A stretch of DNA of 62,315 bases from Clostridia bacterium (GTDB lineage: Bacteria > Bacillota > Clostridia > UBA1381), in contig JAFULX010000002.1 in assembly GCA_017483065.1 (NCBI GenBank), positions 1-62,315 on the forward strand, read 5' to 3'. The translations under genes and the position numbers were made by a program. The notes under the pieces are model-generated. The model saw only the letters and a list, made by a program, of their open reading frames with translations, had not been told where the DNA came from and searched no databases. Within the stretch, counting starts at the first letter, position 1. The number at the start of each line of letters is the position of its first letter. This document shows, in pieces, positions 32,238-39,363 of this stretch.

Positions 32238-33038
32238 ATGTCTTTAACTACAAGCGAAATGACACCTGCCGATATTGCGGCGGTATGTGGCAACAGCAGA
32301 AACAGCAATGACGGAATGTTTGGAAACGATTGGGCGTGGATTATCATTCTTCTGCTCTTCGGTTACAACGGCAGAGGCTTTGGCGGTTTCGGTGGTGGCT
32401 TTGGCGGTCAGGGTGCTTCTTGCGGTTGCTCACCTTGTGCAACACAGGCAGATGTAAGAGCCGCAGTAGACCAGCAGACACTTATCAGCAAGCTTGACCA
32501 ACAGACTTACGGTCTTGCAGACAGCACTTATGCACTCAATAACACTATTACAGCAGGTTTCCACGGCGTAGATAACGCTATCTGCAACCTCGGTTATAAT
32601 GTACAGAGTGGATTTAATTCTCTCGGTCATCAGATTTCCGATTGTTGCTGTCAGACACAAAGAGCAATCGATAGAGTTGCTTACGAAAATCAGGCTAACA
32701 CCTGTGCTTTACAGAACACTATCAACGGCACTACAAGAGATATTATCGACAACGCAAATGCTAACAGCCGTGCAATTCTCGACTTCCTTACACAGGACAA
32801 GATTGCAACTCTTACTGCTGAAAATCAGGCTCTTAAGTTCCAAGCATCACAGACTGCACAGAACGCTTATATCGGTGCAACAGTTGATAGTGCCGTTGCC
32901 GAACTCATAAGACGCACAGGCAACGATTGCCCTCAGCCGAGTTACATCGTTCAGCCTCCTCAGCCCGTTACTTTCCCCACAAATTGCTGTGGCACGGTAA
33001 ACTACGCTTCTAACGGTTGCGGTTGCGGCGGCTTCTAA
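32238..33038 (+). CDS. Gly/Cys-rich single-pass membrane protein, unknown function
   Basis: AAAGGGGA RBS; TM WAWIIILLLFGY followed by GRGFGGFGGGFGGQGASCGCSPC; 14 Cys in CxC/CC/CCC clusters; ends NCCGTVNYASNGCGCGGF. Confidence 0.65.
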   Translation: MSLTTSEMTPADIAAVCGNSRNSNDGMFGNDWAWIIILLLFGYNGRGFGGFGGGFGGQGASCGCSPCATQADVRAAVDQQTLISKLDQQTYGLADSTYALNNTITAGFHGVDNAICNLGYNVQSGFNSLGHQISDCCCQTQRAIDRVAYENQANTCALQNTINGTTRDIIDNANANSRAILDFLTQDKIATLTAENQALKFQASQTAQNAYIGATVDSAVAELIRRTGNDCPQPSYIVQPPQPVTFPTNCCGTVNYASNGCGCGGF

Positions 33039-33113
33039 AATCGAATAATCAAACTACTTCCGCTTCAATGCGGTTGTTCGGCAAAAAAGCTGATTATGTT
33101 TAAGAAAAATCGT

Positions 33114-33143
33114 GGCGAGGTAGTTTCTATCTCGCCATTTTTT
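33114..33143 (+). terminator. Intrinsic terminator inside the cargo module
   Basis: ggcgag-(11-nt loop)-ctcgcc then aTTTTTT. Confidence 0.6.
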
Positions 33144-33157
33144 CGGAAAGGAAAATT

Positions 33158-33595
33158 ATGGCAGAATATTCATACATCCCTACCCAGACGGTAGCGGAAA
33201 ACGAAAACATTTTATTCCTTGATGGTGACAGATGTTGCAAGAAGGGATATATCACACACAGAAGCGGCTCGGGTGTGTTTCGTCTGAAAGGTGCTTCAAA
33301 TGGATGCAAAGCAATCTACAGAGTAACATTTAACGCTAATGTAACAGTAGCTCCTGCCGATGAAGGCGGTGTGCTTGCTCCTGTATCGGTAGCACTTCAG
33401 GAAGACGGCGAAACACTCGGAAATGCCGTTGCAACAGTTACTCCTGCGGCAATAGGCGATTTATTTAACGTTTCTCTGTCTACATTTATAGTTATTCCTT
33501 GCGGATGCTGTGTAACGGTTTCCGTGGAGAACATAAGCGATGGTACAGCGATTGAGGTAGTCAACGCTAATATCATCTTTGACAGAGTAGCGTAA
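33158..33595 (+). CDS. Beta-rich protein resembling a BclA C-terminal (TNF/C1q-like) domain
   Basis: 145 aa, alternating beta pattern, 6 Cys, C-terminus ...VVNANIIFDRVA recalls the ...SASIIIEKVA end of Bacillus BclA (from memory). Confidence 0.4.
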   Translation: MAEYSYIPTQTVAENENILFLDGDRCCKKGYITHRSGSGVFRLKGASNGCKAIYRVTFNANVTVAPADEGGVLAPVSVALQEDGETLGNAVATVTPAAIGDLFNVSLSTFIVIPCGCCVTVSVENISDGTAIEVVNANIIFDRVA

Positions 33596-33614
33596 GGAAG
33601 GAGAGAAAAACAGT

Positions 33615-34139
33615 ATGCATAAAATTAAAGAAATGCTTATGAAAGAGCTTTACGAATACGAGGAAAAGGCAAAAAAGATTTCGGGCGGTAAGATGTCCGC
33701 AGGTGACCTTGAGACTCTGCATAAGCTCACAGATACAGTAAAAAATATCGACAAGATAGAAGCCCTTGAAGATGGCGAAGGCTACTCCGAAGATGGAGCT
33801 TATATGGGCGAAGGTCGCATCTACGGCACTTCTTACGACGGCGGCTCGTCTTATGCGAGAATGGGCAGAGGCAGAGGCAGAAATGCAAAGAGAGATAGCA
33901 GAGGCAGATATTCAAGCGAAGGTGGTAGCTATGACTACGGCAGAAGCTATGACGATGATATGTCCTATGCCCGTGGTGGCAGAGGTGGCAACCGTGGCTC
34001 TTCTTATCGTTCTTCGTACAGCTACGATGGAGCAAAAGAAGATATGATTGAAAAGCTTGAAGATATGCTCGGAATGACTGAAAGCGAACAGGAACGCAGA
34101 GCAATTCAGCAATGCATTCAAAAGCTTGAACAAGCTTAA
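33615..34139 (+). CDS. Protein with helical ends and a central Gly/Ser/Tyr/Arg/Asp-rich low-complexity region
   Basis: GAAGGAGAG RBS; GYSEDGAYMGEGRIYGTSYDGGSSYARMGRGRGRNAKRDSRGRYSSEGGSYDYGRSYDDDMSYARGGRGGNRGSSYRSSYSYDG. Confidence 0.6.
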   Translation: MHKIKEMLMKELYEYEEKAKKISGGKMSAGDLETLHKLTDTVKNIDKIEALEDGEGYSEDGAYMGEGRIYGTSYDGGSSYARMGRGRGRNAKRDSRGRYSSEGGSYDYGRSYDDDMSYARGGRGGNRGSSYRSSYSYDGAKEDMIEKLEDMLGMTESEQERRAIQQCIQKLEQA

Positions 34140-34148
34140 AAATTAAAG

Positions 34149-34478
34149 GTGGTGGCAGGATTGATAAGCGAAAGAGAATTGAACGAAGCTATAAGAGAGT
34201 ATGAGCAACAGCCGATGAATGCTCAAAGAGTAGCAAAACTCGTTGACTTATATTCTTTGCGTGAACATCTCTATAGTGGTAGTCCTGCCACTGTATCTGT
34301 AAGGACACAGACCGAAGAACAAAAAACGAAGACGGAGGGCGGTACGGAGTTCTTACAGATGGCAGACGGAAAAGATATAAACAAGATACTTATTATAATA
34401 GACAACCTTATGCAGACAATAAAAGTTCTGCATCCGAGGATGTATGACAGAGTTCTTGACTTGATTTCCGACCTTTGA
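34149..34478 (+). CDS. Hypothetical helical protein (start uncertain, GTG/TTG)
   Basis: 109-aa ORF, last gene before terminator 34489. Confidence 0.5.
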   Translation: MVAGLISERELNEAIREYEQQPMNAQRVAKLVDLYSLREHLYSGSPATVSVRTQTEEQKTKTEGGTEFLQMADGKDINKILIIIDNLMQTIKVLHPRMYDRVLDLISDL

Positions 34479-34488
34479 TTTTATTTTT

Positions 34489-34520
34489 AAGACGGGGTTT
34501 TTCTCCGTCTTTTTCTTTTG
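34489..34520 (+). terminator. Intrinsic terminator
   Basis: aagacgg-ggtttttct-ccgtctt then TTTCTTTT. Confidence 0.7.
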
Positions 34521-34565
34521 CTCTAAAAATTTGTGAAATTTTTTAAAAAATTTTTAAAAAAAGTG

Positions 34566-34594
34566 TTGACAAATGCACAGAAATATGTTATTAT
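34566..34594 (+). promoter_or_regulatory. Sigma-A-type promoter P7 (extended -10), paralogous to P1/P2
   Basis: AAAAAGTGTTGACAAAT, 17 nt, TGt-TATTAT; ttttttaaaaaa tracts upstream; leader ~75% identical to that of P2. Confidence 0.75.
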
Positions 34595-34649
34595 ATACTC
34601 ACAGGGATAAACAAAGAACGAAAGTTCACAGACAGAAAGAATAGAAGTT

Positions 34650-34973
34650 ATGAAAGTTTACAAATTATATGTTTTTGGTGAATATGTAAAAACCTATGAA
34701 ATTGAGGAGAGCGACACAGCAAATAATTTTGACGGTTACGCAAAAGCGGAGAAAAAAGAAAATCCCTATGACGAAAGCTGTTATTTATATTTTAAGTTGT
34801 GGGAAAAGAACGGCAAAAAAAGAATATACATCAATACGTATAAGCGAAGAACTCTTGGTTACATTGATGTAACAAGTGGTGAAATTATAATTGAGGACAG
34901 ACAGGGTAGTTTTCAGAACGAAATCGAAACAGCGTTAAGTAACTTTTTAAGTAAATATGAAATCGCAGAGTGA
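34650..34973 (+). CDS. Hypothetical protein
   Basis: 107-aa ORF, first gene after P7. Confidence 0.6.
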   Translation: MKVYKLYVFGEYVKTYEIEESDTANNFDGYAKAEKKENPYDESCYLYFKLWEKNGKKRIYINTYKRRTLGYIDVTSGEIIIEDRQGSFQNEIETALSNFLSKYEIAE

Positions 34974-35049
34974 TTCGGCGAGCAATCGCCGAAGTAATGC
35001 GGGTAGACAAACGGTCACAACCCCGATAGTCAAGAAAGGCGGTGAGCAG

Positions 35050-35217
35050 ATGAATACCAAAAAGCCAGAAAAGGACAGAAAAACAAAGTTTTTGACGATA
35101 GCAGTCACGGATGATGACAAGAAAAGAATTGAAGCGAAGGCAAGATTTTGCAACTTATCGTTATCAGCTTATGCAAGAGTTAAGCTGTTAGCGGATGAAA
35201 GAGAGGAAAAGATATGA
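35050..35217 (+). CDS. RHH (MobC-like) DNA-binding protein (55 aa)
   Basis: TKFLTIAVTDDDKKRIEAKARFCNLSLSAYARVKLL parallels the RHH at 1960..2118; track ORF starts upstream at 34957. Confidence 0.5.
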   Translation: MNTKKPEKDRKTKFLTIAVTDDDKKRIEAKARFCNLSLSAYARVKLLADEREEKI

Positions 35218-36308
35218 AAGGGTATAAAGGATTTGAAAAAGGTTTAGTTTGCAGAGGCAAACAGTACACGGAAAACACAGTATTTGAAGAAAAAACCGCA
35301 GAGATTTGCAAAAGCGGTATGCACTTTTGCGAAAATCCGTTTGATGTTCTAGACCATTATGGTTTTGTGAATGACAGTGCGGAGTTAAACGAATTTGCAG
35401 AGGTTGAGGCTCTTGACAAAGTAAAGACCTATGATAGCAAGAAATTTGCCACAAAAAAGCTGAAAATCGGAGCAAAGATAGGAATTTCAGGACTTGTTAA
35501 GGCATTTGTTGATTTTACAATGAAAAAAGTCGACTTTGAAAATTCAGTGGCTACCAATACTGGCGACTATTCAGTGGCTACCAATACTGGCGACTATTCA
35601 GTGGCTACCAATACTGGCTACAAGTCAGCGGCTACCAATACTGGCTACAAGTCAGCGGCTACCAATACTGGCGACTATTCAGTGGCTACCAATACTGGCG
35701 ACTATTCAGCGGCTACCAATACTGGCGACTATTCAGTGGCTACGAATACTGGCAACTATTCAGTGGCTACCAATACTGGCAGCTGGTCAGCGGCTACCAA
35801 TACTGGCTACAAGTCAGCGGCTACCAATACTGGCGACTATTCAGTGGCTACCAATACTGGCAGCTGGTCAGCGGCTACCAATACTGGCTACAAGTCAGCG
35901 GCTACCAATACTGGCTACAAGTCAGCGGCTACCAATACTGGCAGCTGGTCAGCGGCTACCAATACTGGCAGCTGGTCAGCGGCTACCAATACTGGCTACA
36001 AGTCAGCGGCTACCAATACTGGCTACAAGTCAGCGGCTACCAATACTGGCGACTATTCAGCGGCTACCAATACTGGCAGCTGGTCAGCGGCTACGGTTGA
36101 GGGCAAAGAAAGTTTTGCAATTGCAACAGGTATAGAAAGCAAAGTAAAGGGAAAATTAGGTTGCTATATAGCAGTTGCAGAATGGGAAGAAACAGAAGAC
36201 GGCTATAAGCTTGTTGGTTTCAAATCGCACAAAGTAGACGGCAAAACAATTAAGCCTGATACGTTCTATAGACTTAAAAACGGAAAATTTGAGAAAGTGG
36301 AGGACTGA
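35214..36308 (+). CDS. Nonapeptide-repeat protein: conserved N-domain, 20 x S-[AV]-A-T-N-T-G-x-x, conserved C-domain
   Basis: 364-aa ORF; N-domain MKGYKGFEKGLVCRGKQYTEN...GMHFCENPFDVLDHY; C-domain GKLGCYIAVAEWEE...VDGKTIKPDTFYRLKNGKFEKVED. Confidence 0.85.
   Translation: MKGYKGFEKGLVCRGKQYTENTVFEEKTAEICKSGMHFCENPFDVLDHYGFVNDSAELNEFAEVEALDKVKTYDSKKFATKKLKIGAKIGISGLVKAFVDFTMKKVDFENSVATNTGDYSVATNTGDYSVATNTGYKSAATNTGYKSAATNTGDYSVATNTGDYSAATNTGDYSVATNTGNYSVATNTGSWSAATNTGYKSAATNTGDYSVATNTGSWSAATNTGYKSAATNTGYKSAATNTGSWSAATNTGSWSAATNTGYKSAATNTGYKSAATNTGDYSAATNTGSWSAATVEGKESFAIATGIESKVKGKLGCYIAVAEWEETEDGYKLVGFKSHKVDGKTIKPDTFYRLKNGKFEKVED
35544..36083 (+). repeat. 20 tandem in-frame 27-nt repeats
   Basis: tca-g[tc]g-gct-acc-aat-act-ggc-NNN-NNN units; variable dipeptide is DY, YK, SW or NY; a degenerate 21st unit follows. 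Confidence 0.95.
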
Positions 36309-36312
36309 AAAA

Positions 36313-36618
36313 ATGAACGCACGGACAAAGGAAAAGCTGATAGTCACAGGATGGAAGATATTCTGGAAGTCAATGCAGATTGTTATGACAGTCTTATCAG
36401 TGGTGTCAACGATATTGGCTCTGTGGAATTGGTCTTACAGCACAAGAGGCTACGGAGCAATAGGTGGCGAAATTATACTCGCATTTATTGTCGCTTTTGT
36501 AGTGTGGAAAGCAATGGGAATTATAGCTGACTGGCATAAGTCGGTAAGAACCGAAGAAGAAACGGCAATCAAGATTATATGCGAGGGTAGAGAGTTTATC
36601 ATCAGAGAAAGGAAGTAA
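36313..36618 (+). CDS. Small membrane protein (copy 2)
   Basis: Exact duplicate of 352..657 (+35,961). Confidence 0.6.
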   Translation: MNARTKEKLIVTGWKIFWKSMQIVMTVLSVVSTILALWNWSYSTRGYGAIGGEIILAFIVAFVVWKAMGIIADWHKSVRTEEETAIKIICEGREFIIRERK

Positions 36619-36622
36619 GGAT

Positions 36623-37084
36623 ATGAATTATATTTGTGAAAATTGTCGAGCGTTAGTGGATGAATCCGAGCTCGTCTACACATCTAATAAGTATGGAGAG
36701 TTTTACAAGCGAGAAAGAGTCTGCCCGAACTGTCACAGTACCGAGATTTGTTATGCCGTCACTTGTGATTGTTGCGGAGAAGAGTACAGCGAGTACGAAT
36801 GTGAAAACATCTGTGAAGAATGCAAAGAGAAAGCCGCTTCTGATTGGAGAATAATCTATGAAGCTGAAAAGCAGATAGGCGATGCAGAGCAAACATCTGT
36901 GAATCCGCTTATATATGCCGTTCTTGGCGAGGATGCCATAAAAGAAATACTGGAAAAGGCGTTCTTCGAGACGATGTATTCCGCCATCCATCCCGATATA
37001 AATGCTATATGCAGAGATTTAATCGCTACCAAAGAGAGCGAGTATGCGGATGTTCTCCCTGAACTTCTGAAGCCGAAAAAGTGA
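36623..37084 (+). CDS. Cys-rich zinc-ribbon protein (copy 2)
   Basis: Duplicate of 662..1123. Confidence 0.6.
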   Translation: MNYICENCRALVDESELVYTSNKYGEFYKRERVCPNCHSTEICYAVTCDCCGEEYSEYECENICEECKEKAASDWRIIYEAEKQIGDAEQTSVNPLIYAVLGEDAIKEILEKAFFETMYSAIHPDINAICRDLIATKESEYADVLPELLKPKK

Positions 37085-37229
37085 TGATAACCGAGTAGGG
37101 CGGTATATCCCTGCATAATTTTTTAAAAAAGTGTTATTTTTTTGGAAAAAAGTGTTGACAAATGAGCGAAAATATGTTATTATATATGCAGATGATAAAA
37201 CATTTGATATTTATTAGGAGGCAACTGAA

Positions 37230-37568
37230 ATGAAGTTCTATGAAACCTACGATTACAAGACCAAGCGAAATTTTTGGTAGACACAAAGAGATGTCGAGGG
37301 AAGATGTGCCGAAATCAGAAAGAATGATAATGGCAAGTTTGAACTGCTGATTTGCGAAATTTACAAGTCTACCCACAACAGTCTGCAAGAAGCGATGGAC
37401 GAATCCGAGAAATATGTCGGAAATCATATTGTTGGCATACACGAAGAAAAGAAAGGCAAATGGGTAGAAAGAAAAAATCGTTCTCCTTATTGTTCTTTAT
37501 GCGGGGCTGTTGGAGATGGCGGAAATTATTGTAGCCATTGTGGTGCAAAAATGATTAAGGGCGGCTAA
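37230..37568 (+). CDS. Hypothetical protein with in-frame TAG at 37278 (copy 2)
   Basis: Duplicate of 1269..1607. Confidence 0.45.
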
Positions 37569-37596
37569 CAACCGCCCACAGATAAAGGAGGCAAAT

Positions 37597-37755
37597 ATGC
37601 GATATTTCGTAAAATCTCATTTTCACGGATGGTGCGAGGTGGACGAGGAACACTACAACAAATTTGTTGACAACATCTTGAAAAATGCAACAGGATTAAA
37701 ATCCGAGCAGAAGAAAGACTATATCAAGCAGGTAACGGCTACGAAAGGAGCGTAA
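37597..37755 (+). CDS. Hypothetical protein, 52 aa (copy 2)
   Basis: Duplicate of 1636..1794. Confidence 0.55.
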   Translation: MRYFVKSHFHGWCEVDEEHYNKFVDNILKNATGLKSEQKKDYIKQVTATKGA

Positions 37756-37757
37756 AA

Positions 37758-37916
37758 ATGACTTGGTTTTTGATTGATAAAGAATCGAGAAACATAGTCG
37801 CTGAATGCGAAACAGAAGCAGAGGCAGTCGGTTTTATGATAAGAGCCGAGGAGTTCGACAGAAAGCGAAATATGTTCGTTCCTGATTCTTACGATATTAT
37901 TTGCGAAAGAAGGTGA
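37758..37916 (+). CDS. Hypothetical protein, 52 aa (copy 2)
   Basis: Duplicate of 1797..1955. Confidence 0.5.
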   Translation: MTWFLIDKESRNIVAECETEAEAVGFMIRAEEFDRKRNMFVPDSYDIICERR

Positions 37917-37920
37917 TAGA

Positions 37921-38079
37921 GTGTACAAGAAGCCAGCAGGAACGCAAAGGAGAGAAACGGTCACTATCGTACTTTCCGCAGACGAAAAAAAGCTCATTGA
38001 AAAACGAGCGATGGAAAAGGGACTAAACAGGTCGGCGTATATCCGATTTGTTCTGCTGAAGGAGAAAGACGATGGCTAA
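37921..38079 (+). CDS. RHH DNA-binding protein (copy 2)
   Basis: Duplicate of 1960..2118. Confidence 0.5.
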   Translation: MYKKPAGTQRRETVTIVLSADEKKLIEKRAMEKGLNRSAYIRFVLLKEKDDG

Positions 38080-38290
38080 TTTCGAGTCGGGGGTAAGCGG
38101 ATATATTAAGGCGAAGGCGGTAGTCGAGGTGAATTTCCCAGTTGATGAAAAAGGAAGTGTTTGTATCGCTTGTAAGTACTGCCCTTATTTATCAAGCAAT
38201 GAGCGAATGTGCCAGTTAAACAAGATGCCCGTAGCATTTCCGCTGAAGTACATCGGGCAGTATTGCCCATTACAATTTGAGGAGGACTAA
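38072..38290 (+). CDS. Cys-rich hypothetical protein (copy 2)
   Basis: Duplicate of 2111..2329. Confidence 0.6.
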   Translation: MANFESGVSGYIKAKAVVEVNFPVDEKGSVCIACKYCPYLSSNERMCQLNKMPVAFPLKYIGQYCPLQFEED

Positions 38291-38294
38291 ACAA

Positions 38295-38840
38295 ATGAGT
38301 GATTTCTTAAAGCGTGTCAGTATGGCACAGAATGAGTTAAAAGCACCTAAAAGCCAGTACAACAGCTTCGGCAAGTACAATTACCGTTCTTGCGAGGATA
38401 TTTTGGAGGCGGCAAAGCCTGTATGCAGTAAGTACAATATATTGCTAAAGCTTTCCGACAAAGTGGTGCAGGTAGGAGAAAGATATTATATTGAAGCGAC
38501 AGCGACTTTGTATGATATTGATAGCGATAGTGATATATACATAGAAAGCACGGCATCAGCGAGGGAGGCGGACGGTAAAAAAGGAATGGACGAAAGCCAA
38601 GTGACAGGAACGGCATCGAGCTACGCAAGAAAGTATGCTCTTAACGGCTTATTCAACATCGATGACACAAAAGATGCAGATACCAACGAACACAAGAAAA
38701 TGACATCTTATTTCTGTTCCGAATGCGGAGCAGAAATCAAGCCGATAAAGAAAGCGGATAGGATAATACCTGCACAAGAGGTACATTCTAACTGCGGTGG
38801 CTTATGTGTAGGTTGTTGGAACGCAAAAAACAAAAAGTAA
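38295..38840 (+). CDS. ERF-family recombinase (copy 2)
   Basis: Duplicate of 2334..2879. Confidence 0.75.
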   Translation: MSDFLKRVSMAQNELKAPKSQYNSFGKYNYRSCEDILEAAKPVCSKYNILLKLSDKVVQVGERYYIEATATLYDIDSDSDIYIESTASAREADGKKGMDESQVTGTASSYARKYALNGLFNIDDTKDADTNEHKKMTSYFCSECGAEIKPIKKADRIIPAQEVHSNCGGLCVGCWNAKNKK

Positions 38841-38854
38841 GGAAGGCATAAACA

Positions 38855-39253
38855 ATGATTAACAGAACTATTTTACAGGGCAGACTTACCGCTACGCCTG
38901 AAATAAGAACAACCCAAAGCGGTCACAAGGTGGCTAATTTCACAGTCGCTTGGAACGAAAAGTATGGAGAAAAGGAAACAAATCTCTTCCTTAATTGCAC
39001 AGCTTGGAATGGGACAGCTGAGTTCGTCTGCAAGTATTTCAGCAAGGGACAGCAGATTATCGTTGAAGGCAAGCTTCAGACTAACAGCTTTACCGACAAG
39101 GACGGCAACAACAGAAGCATTATTGATTTATCCGTAGACGGAGTTTCTTTCTGTGGTAGCAAGAACGAAAATGCACCCACAACAGCACCTGCTGAAGTTA
39201 CAGCAAAGTCAGTAGTTGTTCCCGTGGATGATGATGATTACCCTTTTGATTAA
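38855..39253 (+). CDS. ssb: Single-stranded DNA-binding protein (copy 2)
   Basis: Duplicate of 2894..3292. Confidence 0.9.
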   Translation: MINRTILQGRLTATPEIRTTQSGHKVANFTVAWNEKYGEKETNLFLNCTAWNGTAEFVCKYFSKGQQIIVEGKLQTNSFTDKDGNNRSIIDLSVDGVSFCGSKNENAPTTAPAEVTAKSVVVPVDDDDYPFD

Positions 39254-39363
39254 AACCTAAAATAAAGCGTTTTAAGGCGGTTTTGCTCTCGGCAGTATAA
39301 TTTGCCTACAACGAGTTAGACCGCCCTTAAATCGCAAATTTCAATGGATTATAAGGAGAAAAA

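Larger units (their letters stand above)
1..35961 (+). mobile_element. One unit length (35,961 bp) of a tailed dsDNA phage genome; all credible genes on + strand
   Basis: Terminase, portal, MuF-like, scaffold, major capsid, tail tube, chaperone with -1 frameshift, tape measure, tail/RBP, holin, GH25 endolysin, ERF and SSB in canonical phage order; sequence restarts at 35962. Confidence 0.9.

Noticed and set aside
35544-36083. Possible CRISPR array or satellite, because of the regular short repeats.
   Set aside because: The units are contiguous with no spacers, the period is 27 nt, and the array is in frame within a long ORF. No cas genes or leader are present.
35536-36135. 199-aa + strand ORF (MKIQWLPILATIQWLPILA…) inside the 27-nt repeat array.
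   Set aside because: It is an alternative reading frame of the repeat. Because the period is a multiple of 3, it stays open by construction. The 35214..36308 frame has proper N- and C-terminal domains and coupling to the upstream gene.
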